Shown here in pieces: positions 27,503-37,559 of a stretch of 64,000 nucleotides of DNA (positions within the stretch are counted from its first letter, which is position 1; each line of letters begins with the position of its first letter). Position numbers and translations under genes: made by a program. The DNA is from Candidatus Micrarchaeia archaeon (GTDB taxonomy: Archaea > Micrarchaeota > Micrarchaeia > Burarchaeales > Fermentimicrarchaeaceae). The notes beneath the pieces are model-generated. The model was not told the origin of the DNA. It saw only the letters and a list, made by a program, of their open reading frames with translations, and made no database searches. The DNA lies in NCBI GenBank assembly GCA_038871515.1, contig JAVZHX010000002.1, positions 36,641 through 100,640 on the forward strand, given 5' to 3'.

Positions 27503-28405
27503 TTACTTAAGAAGCTTTGTTATGATTAAACTTATGCTGTCTTTCTTTGAGGTGTTATAGTTTACATCCCTTACCCTCATTTTTGTTGGGAAGTTCAGCC
27601 AGAAGTTCGTTGTGTTGAATGTGAAACCAATTTCACTTCTCACTTGACATCCCTGTATTCTTATATTGAGCAGATAATCTTCACCAGCATAGGGGCCAAC
27701 CCACAAGTCTATCCAGCAGCTTTCGCTTACAAAATTGAGATTAAGATGTCCTTGCTTGGTAACATCAAAGGTTGTGTATGGTGATATATACTCATTCCCT
27801 CCCGAGTCATTCACTTTTAAATAGAAGCGTATGCAACCCTGCGTTCCGGGAGTGCATGATTTGGGTGCGGGCGTCCATTTTATATCATCAACATCTTTAG
27901 AAAAATTCCCAGTTGAAACAGACAGGTTATACCAAACGAAGTCTATTGCGGTGGATTGTGTATATGGAATTTGGATGAACAAATCTGTCTTAGCAAAGTC
28001 GCTGTATTTATAAGTCATATTAAATGGTTCAACAGTTATCGTGCTTGAGAGGCTGCTTAATGAGATAGGTTGCTCTGCTGGGTCAAGGAAAACAACCTCC
28101 ATATCCGGGGTTAGATAACGCTGTCTTATGAACTCCTCATAGTACCCCAATCTATTGGTTATACCGCTTCCTGGAAACGAATCCTTGAATATTAAGTTGG
28201 ACTCCTGCTGTGTTATTGAAAGCCCAGTTATATTCGTTATATCATCCATTATATCATCAAACGTATAACCTATTTTTTCTGAAACAAGCATCTCGGAAAC
28301 TCTTTGTGAGTAGGAGGAGGAGCTTCTTGCGTACTGAAGAGTTACCTCAATGAGCAACAAGAATAGAATTGTTGTTATTGCGGTTAGCATGAAACCTCTT
28401 CTCAT
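27503..28405 (-). CDS. class III signal peptide-like surface protein
   Basis: MRRG/FMLT plus hydrophobic helix; many sequons. Confidence 0.7.
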   Translation of the reverse strand: MRRGFMLTAITTILFLLLIEVTLQYARSSSSYSQRVSEMLVSEKIGYTFDDIMDDITNITGLSITQQESNLIFKDSFPGSGITNRLGYYEEFIRQRYLTPDMEVVFLDPAEQPISLSSLSSTITVEPFNMTYKYSDFAKTDLFIQIPYTQSTAIDFVWYNLSVSTGNFSKDVDDIKWTPAPKSCTPGTQGCIRFYLKVNDSGGNEYISPYTTFDVTKQGHLNLNFVSESCWIDLWVGPYAGEDYLLNIRIQGCQVRSEIGFTFNTTNFWLNFPTKMRVRDVNYNTSKKDSISLIITKLLK

Positions 28406-28833
28406 TTATACCAAACCTCCATAACTGCAATTCCATACCTGTTTTTTTCCGTGTCTGTGAAAACTCTCCTCACAACGCTTTTTGTCTCAGTTGTTCCATT
28501 CTGCCCCGCAACGATGTTTCTGTTGCAGTTAAACGTTCCGCTGTAGCTGCAGATTGTTATGTTTATCTTCACAACAATGCTTGGTGGAATTTGGAATTGT
28601 ATTAAATCATTTAAAGTTGAAATTGCTTCTTCATCTGTCTTATCAAATATTTCCTTCAGCGTTCCATCCTTATCCCTTGAAATGAGAAAGTCCTGTCCGG
28701 TGTTATACAGTGCGACTTCCTTGTACCACTCTCCTGTTCTTAAACTGAGCAATTGAACAACTACGGCTAGAGCAGTTGTTGCAATTACAACTGCAACAAG
28801 CGCGTCAAGAGTGAAAACAACTCCTCTTTTCAT
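28402..28833 (-). CDS. class III signal peptide pilin-like protein
   Basis: MKRG/VVFTLDA; ends VRR...VMEVW. Confidence 0.8.
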   Translation of the reverse strand: MKRGVVFTLDALVAVVIATTALAVVVQLLSLRTGEWYKEVALYNTGQDFLISRDKDGTLKEIFDKTDEEAISTLNDLIQFQIPPSIVVKINITICSYSGTFNCNRNIVAGQNGTTETKSVVRRVFTDTEKNRYGIAVMEVWYK

Positions 28834-30233
28834 CTCCACACCACTACATTAAGAATTACTTTCTGCCTCTCAAGGTTGCCGAAGTAGATTTGTTTCAACG
28901 CAATCTCAAGCTCAGCTTCATTCTTTGCGGAGTAGAACTGGCACCTTCCTATTTCGGCAACCTGTCTTAGTTGCGCTTCTCCTGTGGAGCCTTGAGCAAA
29001 GCCAACTGTGCAGATTCTGCCAACTTTGTTTGCTGCATATGCGGCTGCAGCAACAACATCCCCACCACATGTTTCGCTTCCATCGGAAACAACAATCATC
29101 ATTGTGTGTTTTCTAGTTGCGCTGGTGTTTGTGTAGTCAGCAGCACTTATGATGGATTGGGCTATTGGGGTTGAACCAGAAGCAGTTATCGTATCAACAG
29201 CGGATTTTATAGATGCGTAGTCAGTTGTGAAATCCCTTATTCTCTGTGGAACGCAACCGTTGAATTTGTAAAGAGATATCTCATCAATTCCTTCTGACTC
29301 ATTTGCAACCACGTCAACAAAGTTTTTCGTTGCATTTTTTGCTGCATCTATTCTTCTAGGCGTGGTTTGAACCATCAAATCAAATGAAAGCGGGTTCACA
29401 TAATTTCTCTTCCTCGCATAAACCTTCCACTCCCCTGCTTCCCATCTTGCGCTTGTGAAATTCATATAATCTGCACCGCTGTAGTGAGTCGCAGTGCAGC
29501 CAGTTCCGCAGTTTGTGCAACTGGGATTGCTGTCTGGGCATCCGTATTTTATTCCTGATGGGCTTGTCACATTAATCCTTCCATACGAACCTCCCGTGTT
29601 GTTGAACTCCAGCACAAAATCAAAGTCGCTTGTTGGGGAGCTTGGGAAAGTAACGTTGTAAACATTAACCCATGAGTCAGTCAGAATTCCACTTTTGTAT
29701 CCCATTGAAGTTGAAAACCACTGCATGCTTCCGGAAGAATCAAAAACGAATGTTATTGAGTTGTTATGGACAACAATCTCCCCGTATATGGCAGTTCTCC
29801 TCACACTGGAGACAGCTGTTGCATTCTCCGGAGGTATACCGCCCTCAGCAGGCTCCCCATCTATTATGACAGGGCTTCCATCCGCATACGTCATATTCAC
29901 ATAAATCTGATACGGGCCAAGCCCAAGCAGCTCCCTCACTTTTTCGTAATCAAGCTCAAGTAGTTCAAGAAAGCTTTCAAACTTAGCCTGATCCATCACT
30001 CCTCTTTCAGAAGATAAACCTATCAGCTGAACGTTCGTTGCATTCCAATCGTATGGATAACCTGGGCTGTTTAGGAGTTTGTTCGCAACCTGAATTGCAA
30101 CTAAATCCGCTTCAGCAGTTGTTCTTATGTTGTAATGAACCAAATCCCACAGAATTGCAAACAGCATCATAACTATGAAAAAAAGCATAAGCGCAAGTAT
30201 CAAATCCAAACCGGAGATTTGGGCTTTTCTCAT
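28830..30233 (-). CDS. pilin-like protein with inserted vWA domain
   Basis: MRKA/QISGLD; MIDAS DSSGS (29727-29741), GSTP, VSDG. Confidence 0.85.
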   Translation of the reverse strand: MRKAQISGLDLILALMLFFIVMMLFAILWDLVHYNIRTTAEADLVAIQVANKLLNSPGYPYDWNATNVQLIGLSSERGVMDQAKFESFLELLELDYEKVRELLGLGPYQIYVNMTYADGSPVIIDGEPAEGGIPPENATAVSSVRRTAIYGEIVVHNNSITFVFDSSGSMQWFSTSMGYKSGILTDSWVNVYNVTFPSSPTSDFDFVLEFNNTGGSYGRINVTSPSGIKYGCPDSNPSCTNCGTGCTATHYSGADYMNFTSARWEAGEWKVYARKRNYVNPLSFDLMVQTTPRRIDAAKNATKNFVDVVANESEGIDEISLYKFNGCVPQRIRDFTTDYASIKSAVDTITASGSTPIAQSIISAADYTNTSATRKHTMMIVVSDGSETCGGDVVAAAAYAANKVGRICTVGFAQGSTGEAQLRQVAEIGRCQFYSAKNEAELEIALKQIYFGNLERQKVILNVVVWR

Positions 30234-30320
30234 GTAAATCGTATTGAGAATTTGGGTATATAACCCTATTGCCAGAGTTATATTTATTAATGCATCCACA
30301 ATAACTATTTGGTGGTCGCA

Positions 30321-30641
30321 ATGCCTAGGAGGAGGAAAGCACGCCCTGTGAGGTTTGCTGAACCGAAGTTCAGCGATGGAGTGTATTACGCAATTTTGAT
30401 AGGGTTGATAGCAACATTCATCTCAGGAGCATATTACAAAGGAATACCTTGCCAGATGGAGTGTATTGGGGAGAATATAAGCAATGGCTATCCTTACCCC
30501 TGGTTCACCTATAACACGTATGAGGGATGGCAGAGAGGCAACATCGTTTGGGTGGGCGCAGTAATTGACATAGCTTTCTGGGCGTTTATCGCTTATTTGG
30601 TTATGCTCATCCTCTACGCGGCAATGAAGGAAGTCAGGTAA
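30321..30641 (+). CDS. small membrane protein
   Basis: Two TM segments around GYPYPW loop. Confidence 0.65.
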   Translation: MPRRRKARPVRFAEPKFSDGVYYAILIGLIATFISGAYYKGIPCQMECIGENISNGYPYPWFTYNTYEGWQRGNIVWVGAVIDIAFWAFIAYLVMLILYAAMKEVR

Positions 30642-30652
30642 ATGGTGTTGCA

Positions 30653-31252
30653 GTGGGTTTTTTAGCAAGAGGAGCGGAGGCAGAGCTGTACGTTGAGAAG
30701 TTTCTTTCAAGGAGAGTTGTTGCTAAAAGAAGAGTTGAGAAGAAGTACAGGATTAAGGAAATGGATGTTAGGTTAAGGAAGAGCAGAACAAGAGGGGAAG
30801 CATATCTATTGCACGCTGCGAAGGAAGTTGGAGTTAACTGCCCTGTTGTTTTTGAAGTTAAGGAATTTGAAATTAAGCTTGAATTGATAGACGGAGTTTT
30901 GCTCAGGGAGTTTATTGAAAAGAAGAAAAAGGTTGGTGAAGTTCTCAGGGAGGTGGGGAGGGGGTTGGCGAAGCTGCATTCCGCTGGAATTGTTCATGGC
31001 GATTTTACAACAGCGAATGTTATGGTTGGCAAACGAGTTGTGTTTATAGACTTTGGTTTAGGTGGCTTCACCGATAATTTGGAGGAGAAAGCAGTAGATG
31101 TTTTGCTGATGAAGAGATCGCTGGGTGATGAAAAAAGATACAAGTGCTTCTTGATGGGTTATAGAGAATACGCAGAGTTTGAGAAAGTTCTTGAAAAACT
31201 TGAAGAAATAGAGAGAAGGGGCAGGTATGTTGTGAGAAGCTGGGCAGCCTAA
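30653..31252 (+). CDS. bud32: KEOPS kinase Bud32
   Basis: GAEA, K.R..K.YR, HGDFTTAN, IDFGL, EEKAVD. Confidence 0.95.
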   Translation: MGFLARGAEAELYVEKFLSRRVVAKRRVEKKYRIKEMDVRLRKSRTRGEAYLLHAAKEVGVNCPVVFEVKEFEIKLELIDGVLLREFIEKKKKVGEVLREVGRGLAKLHSAGIVHGDFTTANVMVGKRVVFIDFGLGGFTDNLEEKAVDVLLMKRSLGDEKRYKCFLMGYREYAEFEKVLEKLEEIERRGRYVVRSWAA

Positions 31253-31362
31253 AGCTCCCCAACTCTTCTCTTAAGTTTTCTTTTCATCTTCTTCCTTCTC
31301 TTCTTCAGCCACTTCCACCTCATCCTTCCTGCTTTCTTCCATTTCCTTGGAATAGAACCCAA
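31249..31362 (-). CDS. rpl41e: ribosomal protein L41e (37 aa, not in ORF track)
   Basis: TTG start after GGTGA; MGSIPRKWKKAGRMRWKWLKKRRKKMKRKLKRRVGEL. Confidence 0.85.
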   Translation of the reverse strand: MGSIPRKWKKAGRMRWKWLKKRRKKMKRKLKRRVGEL

Positions 31363-31414
31363 AAAATCACCTTTACAATCTGGATATAATTGTGTGCTCT
31401 TATATTCCTTTTGG

Positions 31415-32653
31415 TTACTGAATTTCAAATCTTCTTTTCAACTGTTCTGTTGGTTTCACCAATAAAAATGGATAATCAGAAGGGGATACCCTTTCTTGGA
31501 CTTGCATATACAATTTATAGTTTTCCTGCAACCTCTCCGTTGGTATTATAAGCAGTTTTAGGCATCTGCGGAAGGGAATGTTGTTTTCAGTGCAGAATTT
31601 ATAGTTTTCTTTAACTCTTTCCGGGTCTGCTGTGAAAAGCTGCAGAAAATCGTTGAATTCAATTTTGTTTTCAAGCGCGAATATATGTATCTCCTTCAAT
31701 TTCTTTGGGTTCGTCATAAGAATTGCTGGGTTGTTTTTGAAGTTTATTCCATTCCTCTTGCAGTATTCAATGTTCACTTTCCATGTTTCAACAGAGCCAC
31801 CTTTGGGAAGCTCAACCCCACTGTAGTTCCGTATAATTTCCTTTTCCATCCAATCTCTTGGGTGTTCTTTGGCAAGCTCAAGTGCTTTTGGAAGCATTAT
31901 CTCAAATGCAAGTATCCAATCTGCAGTTAAACCACATCTTAGGAAAATTTTTCTTCCCTCCTCCTCATACCCAAAGGCAGCAAATTCTGACTCAAACCTC
32001 CTTATTATTTCATCTATTTCGTTTGCATGTAGTTTAATGAACTCTCCCTTTTTTGTTTGAATGAATGGTTTTTTGATGTACTGATGGCTTCGCTCTTCGT
32101 ATTGGTACATCGGGGTTTTCCATGACTTGCGCTCAGAAGGGTGGTTTGGGAGGGGCCAGCCATCAAATATATCCCTGTTCCTCAGCTCCCACCACACCCA
32201 GTATTCCAGATGTTTCTGGCTGCGAGGCTTCCATAACTCTTTTTTCAAAGCTCCCTCTCTTGTGAACAGCTCAGCCAAGCTCTTAGCTCTTTTATGTGCG
32301 GATAAACGAAGCTGAGGTGTTGATTTCTTGTGAGGATGGATGTAGGGAAACAATAAATCGTATGCCATATCCTCCGGCACGTAGCCAAATTTCTCTATCA
32401 CTCCAATAACTAACTCCATTCCTTTTCTTTCCCTTTCAACCTTCAGGGAGTTGACTGTTTCTATATATTTCTGCTTTCCATCATTTCCAAATGAGAGAAC
32501 ATTTTGGTTGTATAGGAGGTATTTGATAAGCCCTTTCTCTTCGTGAACAGCCACCTCATCTACAACTGCGCTCCTTGAAAAATCTTTTATTCTCTGCAAC
32601 ACCTCTCCTTTTTCCCTAACAAGCTCTGGTGGCTTGGCAAGTTTTTCAACCAT
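31415..32653 (-). CDS. orphan protein with C-terminal ~28-aa helical (mTERF-like) repeats
   Basis: 412-aa ORF with upstream TATA; four tandem repeats visible by eye. Confidence 0.65.
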   Translation of the reverse strand: MVEKLAKPPELVREKGEVLQRIKDFSRSAVVDEVAVHEEKGLIKYLLYNQNVLSFGNDGKQKYIETVNSLKVERERKGMELVIGVIEKFGYVPEDMAYDLLFPYIHPHKKSTPQLRLSAHKRAKSLAELFTREGALKKELWKPRSQKHLEYWVWWELRNRDIFDGWPLPNHPSERKSWKTPMYQYEERSHQYIKKPFIQTKKGEFIKLHANEIDEIIRRFESEFAAFGYEEEGRKIFLRCGLTADWILAFEIMLPKALELAKEHPRDWMEKEIIRNYSGVELPKGGSVETWKVNIEYCKRNGINFKNNPAILMTNPKKLKEIHIFALENKIEFNDFLQLFTADPERVKENYKFCTENNIPFRRCLKLLIIPTERLQENYKLYMQVQERVSPSDYPFLLVKPTEQLKRRFEIQ

Positions 32654-32729
32654 GTTTATTTTGTGAATTTTATTCTTTAAATTATTTAGTTATACAAAAC
32701 AATAAAAAGCAGGGAAGGGTAATTTCTAC

Positions 32730-33470
32730 GTGCAAATCAAAAAAATATTGAAATTTATAAAGAGAAAGGTGAAGGAAGCAGGAGCAAGAGGGGTGGTTGT
32801 TGGTTTAAGCGGAGGGGTGGATTCGGCTGTTGTAACTGCATTGTGCAAAACTGCTCTTGGCAGAAAAAAAGTGACTGCTCTTATCATACCTGAAAGCGAA
32901 ACTCCTCAAGAGGATGTGGCAGATGCTGTGGAATTTGCTAAAAAAATTGGAGTTAGGTATTATATTGTTGACTTCAGCAATGTTTACAAAGAATTCGGAA
33001 AAGTTATTCCCATATTTGATGAAAAAGCTCTTATCCCAAACGGTAATCTGAAGGCAAGGATAAGGATGTGCATTTTGTATTACTTTGCAAACAGAAAGAA
33101 GCTTCTTGTAGCTGGGACTGGGAACAGAAGCGAGCTTCTGATGGGGTATTTCACGCGTTATGGGGATGGAGGAGTTGACTTTCTTCCAATTGGCAGGTTG
33201 TATAAAACAGATGTTGCGAAGCTTGCTAGGAAGCTTGGTATTCCAAATAAAATTATTGAGAAGAAACCATCGCCTGGTTTGTGGAGGGGGCAGACGGCTG
33301 AGGGTGAGCTTGGGATCCCATATGTGAAGTTAGATGAAGTTTTAAAGAGGCTGAAGTTTAGCGATTCAAAAATAGCGAAGGAAGTTGGTTTGAGCGAAGC
33401 AAAAGTGAGGGGAGTAAGGAAAAGAATAAAATTGATGAAATTCAAATGCGAAATGCCAGAAGTTGCGTGA
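32730..33470 (+). CDS. nadE: NH3-dependent NAD+ synthetase
   Basis: GLSGGVDS, GNLKARIRM, GTGNRSE, GYFTRYGDGG. Confidence 0.95.
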   Translation: MQIKKILKFIKRKVKEAGARGVVVGLSGGVDSAVVTALCKTALGRKKVTALIIPESETPQEDVADAVEFAKKIGVRYYIVDFSNVYKEFGKVIPIFDEKALIPNGNLKARIRMCILYYFANRKKLLVAGTGNRSELLMGYFTRYGDGGVDFLPIGRLYKTDVAKLARKLGIPNKIIEKKPSPGLWRGQTAEGELGIPYVKLDEVLKRLKFSDSKIAKEVGLSEAKVRGVRKRIKLMKFKCEMPEVA

Positions 33471-33480
33471 GGGTGATTAA

Positions 33481-34548
33481 TTGAATATAGAGGATAAGGT
33501 TTTTCTTGTGAAAAGAAAGCCAACTGAGGAGGTGCTCACAGAGCAGGAACTTGTTAAGTTGTTTGAGGAGGAGGAGCATCCCCAGCATTACATTGGATTT
33601 GAGATAAGCGGGATGATGCACATAGGCTCTGCGCTTATGACTGCGATGAAGATTGATGATTTTATCAAAGCAGGAATAAAACCAATAATATGGCTCGCCG
33701 ATTATCATTCGTGGATAAATAAAAAATTGGGTGGGGATTTGGGTTTGATAAGGGAGGTTGCAAGAGGGTATTTCAAAGCTGGTTTTGTTTCGCTTGGGCT
33801 TGATGAGTCAAAAGTGAAGTACATGCTGGCAAGTGAGCATTATGATCAGTGGTATTGGGTTAAGGTGATTGAGGTTATGAAAAACGCAAGCATACAGAGG
33901 ATGCTCAGGTGTGTTACGATAATGGGAAGAAAGGAAACAGAGGTTACTGAGTCAGCTGCAATATTATACCCGGCAATGCAGGCAGCGGATATATTTCATT
34001 TGAAAGTTAGGATAATGCATGCTGGTATGGATCAGAGGAAGGTGCATGTGCTTGCAAGAGAAGTTGCTGAGAGGATGAAGTGGCCCAAGCCAATTGCTGT
34101 GCACACCCATCTTTTAATGGGATTGCAGGGACCTCAGAGAATGGGGTTTGAAACAAGTGAGAAGCTTGACACTCAGGTTTCATCAAAGATGAGCAAAAGC
34201 ATACCGAAAAGCTGTATATACGTTCATGATTCTGAGGAGGAGATAAAAAAGAAAATAGAGGGAGCTTACTGCCCTGAAAAAGAGGTTGAAAACAATCCCG
34301 TGCTTGAGCTTTGCGAGTATATAATAATGAGGGATAAACCACTTAGAGTTGAGAGAAGCAGCAAGTATGGAGGAGATGTGGAGTATATGAAGTTTGAGGA
34401 GTTGAGGGAAGCGTATAAGAAAGGGGAGCTTCATCCTGCTGATTTGAAAAACGCTGTTGCAAGAGAGCTGACAGCAATTCTGAAGCCGAGCAGGGAGTAT
34501 TTCAGCAAACGCCAGGAGCTTCTTGAAGTTTTCAAGAAGGAGAAGTAG
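33481..34548 (+). CDS. tyrS: tyrosine--tRNA ligase
   Basis: YIGFEISG..HIG, YPAMQAAD, GMDQRK, KMSKS, LHPADLK. Confidence 0.95.
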   Translation: MNIEDKVFLVKRKPTEEVLTEQELVKLFEEEEHPQHYIGFEISGMMHIGSALMTAMKIDDFIKAGIKPIIWLADYHSWINKKLGGDLGLIREVARGYFKAGFVSLGLDESKVKYMLASEHYDQWYWVKVIEVMKNASIQRMLRCVTIMGRKETEVTESAAILYPAMQAADIFHLKVRIMHAGMDQRKVHVLAREVAERMKWPKPIAVHTHLLMGLQGPQRMGFETSEKLDTQVSSKMSKSIPKSCIYVHDSEEEIKKKIEGAYCPEKEVENNPVLELCEYIIMRDKPLRVERSSKYGGDVEYMKFEELREAYKKGELHPADLKNAVARELTAILKPSREYFSKRQELLEVFKKEK

Positions 34549-34579
34549 CTATTTAAATTTTTTTAATAAAAAAGTATTG

Positions 34580-34954
34580 ATGATTGAGGCTGTTGTTGAT
34601 ACAAATTTTCTGATGCTTGCTCATCAATTTAAATTAAACATACCTGAACAGCTTGAGGGGTTGCTTGGTAGTTATAGGATGGTGACGTGCAGTGGGGTGA
34701 TGGGGGAGCTGGAGAAGCTGAGCTTGGGAAAAGGAAGGAATGGGGCGGCAGCTAGGTATGCGTTGAAGTTAGTGAAGGAGTGCAACGTAGAAGTGAAGAA
34801 AAGCATAGGAGACGTGGATGAGTGGATTGTGAGTTATTGCAAAAGGAGAGACGCAGTTGCCTGCACTGTTGATAAAAAGCTGAGGGAGAGATTGAAAAGA
34901 GAGGGAGTGAGGGTTGTTATAATGAGGGGCAAAAAAACGCTTGAGTTTGCTTAA
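34580..34954 (+). CDS. PIN-domain protein (Fcf1/Utp24-like)
   Basis: VVDTNFLM...E...VDE...T.D; canonical position before rpoE. Confidence 0.85.
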   Translation: MIEAVVDTNFLMLAHQFKLNIPEQLEGLLGSYRMVTCSGVMGELEKLSLGKGRNGAAARYALKLVKECNVEVKKSIGDVDEWIVSYCKRRDAVACTVDKKLRERLKREGVRVVIMRGKKTLEFA

Positions 34955-34988
34955 TTATATAATATTTGCGCAACAAAATGGTGATAGC

Positions 34989-35543
34989 ATGTATTACATA
35001 ACAACCGTTCAGGATACTGTGAGAGTGGATCCAAAGTATTTTTCAAAGGATTTGAAGGAAGCAGTGATAGAGATAGTTAGGGAGAAGTATGAGAGAAGAG
35101 TTGACAAGAACTTTGGGATAGTGCTCTGTGTCTGGAATGCGAGAGAGATAGGGGAGGGGAGGGTGATACCTGGGGATGGGGCATCATATCACGAAGCGAC
35201 TTTTGATTTGCTTTCCTACAAACCTGAGCTGAATGAAGTTTTTGAGGGAGAGGTGAGTGAGATAGTGGAGTTTGGAGCGTTTGTTAGAATGGGTCCTGTT
35301 GATGGGCTGGTTCATCTTTCGCAGATAACGAATGACTTTCTTTCATTTGATAAGAAGATACCTGCGTTTGTGGGGAAGCAGAGCAAGAAAATAATAAAGA
35401 AAGGAGATGATGTGCTCGCAAAAATATCAACGGTGAGCATGAAAAGCAGCATACCGGAAACGAAAATTGGTTTGACGATGAGGCCTGAGGGGTTGGGAAA
35501 GCTGGAGTGGATAAAAGAGGAAACGCCAGCTGGTAAGAAGTGA
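34989..35543 (+). CDS. rpoE1: RNA polymerase subunit Rpo7 (E')
   Basis: GDGA, EFGAFV..GP.DGLVHLSQ, KIGLTMR. Confidence 0.95.
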   Translation: MYYITTVQDTVRVDPKYFSKDLKEAVIEIVREKYERRVDKNFGIVLCVWNAREIGEGRVIPGDGASYHEATFDLLSYKPELNEVFEGEVSEIVEFGAFVRMGPVDGLVHLSQITNDFLSFDKKIPAFVGKQSKKIIKKGDDVLAKISTVSMKSSIPETKIGLTMRPEGLGKLEWIKEETPAGKK

Positions 35544-35547
35544 GAGT

Positions 35548-35739
35548 ATGGTTGAGAGAGCATGCAAGAGCTGCAGGTTTATTGTAAGCGAAGGCTCCAC
35601 ATGCCCAAACTGCGGAGGAACGGAGCTTACCGATAAGTGGAGCAGCTATTTGGTAGTTTTCAATGTTGATAAATCTGAGCTTGCAAAGAGCATGGGGGCA
35701 AAGCTTCCTGGGAAATACGCATTGAGGATAAAGGGTTAA
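35548..35739 (+). CDS. spt4: transcription elongation factor Spt4
   Basis: ACKSC...CPNCG...W...S..A...PGKYAL. Confidence 0.95.
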   Translation: MVERACKSCRFIVSEGSTCPNCGGTELTDKWSSYLVVFNVDKSELAKSMGAKLPGKYALRIKG

Positions 35740-36782
35740 TCACCCACCATCCTTAATCTGTTGAGCATTATAAGCTTCTCCACTTCAATCTCCTCCACGG
35801 TTCCAATAACCTCATTTTTGAAAACAACTGGGAGGAGAGGTAGCTCGGTAAGCCTCATCTTCTTCCATGCTTCAAGGATTGGCTCGTCAAGCACGCAGGT
35901 AGGGCATGGCTGGGCTACGCTTCCAACCCTAACCTTCCCCCAGCTTTTCTTGCTCACCTGCGAGATTCTTCTGTAGCTGAGCACCTTTACCGGGAAATCT
36001 GAAACAACTGCTGCTGGCGAGCGTAGAGAAAGCATAAGGGAGAAAGCATCCTGTATGGTTAGGGAGGGTTCTATCACGAGAGGGGAGAAGTTCGTCGCAT
36101 CTCGCACATAAAGCCCTTTTGCTGACTCTTTGAGAACTGCTAGGTTAAACTCCGCTTCTGAAGCAGCGTAGATTACCATCGCGATTATTGTGTTCCATAC
36201 CAAAAAACCAATAACGTCTGTGAGAAGAGCAATAACGAGAGAGGTGAAGAGAAGAATGAAAATGACGAATCTGCTTAGCTTAACCGCAGCCTCAGTTGCT
36301 TTCAAATGGCCAACCTTTTTCTCCTGAATGCTTCTCCAAACCCTACCTCCGTCAAGGGGGATGGCCGGAAGTAGGTTGAATAAACCTAGTATAAGGTTTA
36401 TCTCTATAACTGCTGAGAGGATTGATGCGAATGGCTCTGAGGTAAGAAAGAGTCTTGTGATGAACGCAATGGCAACAACTATAAAGTTAAAGATTGGACC
36501 TGCAATTGCAAGTTTTAGCTCAACGTCTGGAGGAATTGAAATTTCCTCAATCATCGCCATTCCACCAATTGGGAAGAGGGTTATCCTTCTAACTTCAACT
36601 CCATTGCGAATTGCAATAATGGAGTGGGAGAGCTCGTGGAGCACAACGAAAGTGAAAAGCATTAAAGCTGAAAGAGCTGCATCAAGCCCTCCGGAGAGGG
36701 AGATGAGGAGGATGAGAAGGAGGAAGCTCCAGTGAAGCTCTATCTCTATGCCGAGAAGTTTGAATTTTATTGATAACGCCAT
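35736..36782 (-). CDS. site-2 protease (M50) with CBS pair
   Basis: HELSH, AGP, NLLPAIPLDGG; C-terminal CBS. Confidence 0.9.
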   Translation of the reverse strand: MALSIKFKLLGIEIELHWSFLLLILLISLSGGLDAALSALMLFTFVVLHELSHSIIAIRNGVEVRRITLFPIGGMAMIEEISIPPDVELKLAIAGPIFNFIVVAIAFITRLFLTSEPFASILSAVIEINLILGLFNLLPAIPLDGGRVWRSIQEKKVGHLKATEAAVKLSRFVIFILLFTSLVIALLTDVIGFLVWNTIIAMVIYAASEAEFNLAVLKESAKGLYVRDATNFSPLVIEPSLTIQDAFSLMLSLRSPAAVVSDFPVKVLSYRRISQVSKKSWGKVRVGSVAQPCPTCVLDEPILEAWKKMRLTELPLLPVVFKNEVIGTVEEIEVEKLIMLNRLRMVGD

Positions 36783-36813
36783 GGTTGTTTTTTGGTTTGA
36801 GAAGTAATAAAAG

Positions 36814-37518
36814 CTATTGGGAGAGCTCCTTTCTTAACCAGAGTATTCTGCCGAGCATGTAGAGAACGTCCTTCGTGAAGCTCACTTTGGTGAATCTTCC
36901 GTGAGACCAGCGGATTGGAATCTCATCAACTCTCATTCCTTCCCTCTGAGCTCTCACTAAAATTTCGGTATCCCAGAACCAGTAGTCATCCTTCACTTTC
37001 TTTAGAAGGGGGAGAACATCGCGCATTCTGAATGCTTTGAAACCGCATTGGTGGTCCATAATTCTTGAGCCAAGTAAAACTCTTACTAGAAAATTGAAAA
37101 TTCTGCTTGCAATCTCCCTTTTCATCGGCCTTTGGGTGGCTGAGCCCTTCATAAGGCGGGAGCCTGTTGCTATGGATGCGCCGTCCTCAATTCTCTCTAT
37201 AAGTTGTTTCAAATGCGATGGGTGAGATGAGAGGTCTGCATCCATATAAACTGCAATTCTTCCTCTTGCTTTCCTCAGTGCTTTTTTCAGAGCTTTGCCT
37301 CTCCCAAGCCTTTTTCTGCTGTGCAGCAGTTTTACTGACGAATTTTTCTCAGCAATTCTCCTTGCTATCTCGTAGGTTCCATCAGTGCTTCCATCCTCAG
37401 CAATTATAATTTCAAAGCTGGGTGTTATTGAGGAAACTGTGGCAATTACTTTGTTTACCGAACTTTCAAGTACTGAGGATTCGTTGTGAACTGGAAGAAT
37501 GATTGATAGGTATACCAT
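36814..37518 (-). CDS. GT2 dolichol-phosphate glycosyltransferase
   Basis: ILPVHNE, EDGSTD, DAD, DHQCGFKAF, WDTE. Confidence 0.88.
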   Translation of the reverse strand: MVYLSIILPVHNESSVLESSVNKVIATVSSITPSFEIIIAEDGSTDGTYEIARRIAEKNSSVKLLHSRKRLGRGKALKKALRKARGRIAVYMDADLSSHPSHLKQLIERIEDGASIATGSRLMKGSATQRPMKREIASRIFNFLVRVLLGSRIMDHQCGFKAFRMRDVLPLLKKVKDDYWFWDTEILVRAQREGMRVDEIPIRWSHGRFTKVSFTKDVLYMLGRILWLRKELSQ

Positions 37519-37559
37519 CTCACCACTAGGGATTTATTTTTATTTTGCATAGTATTCTC

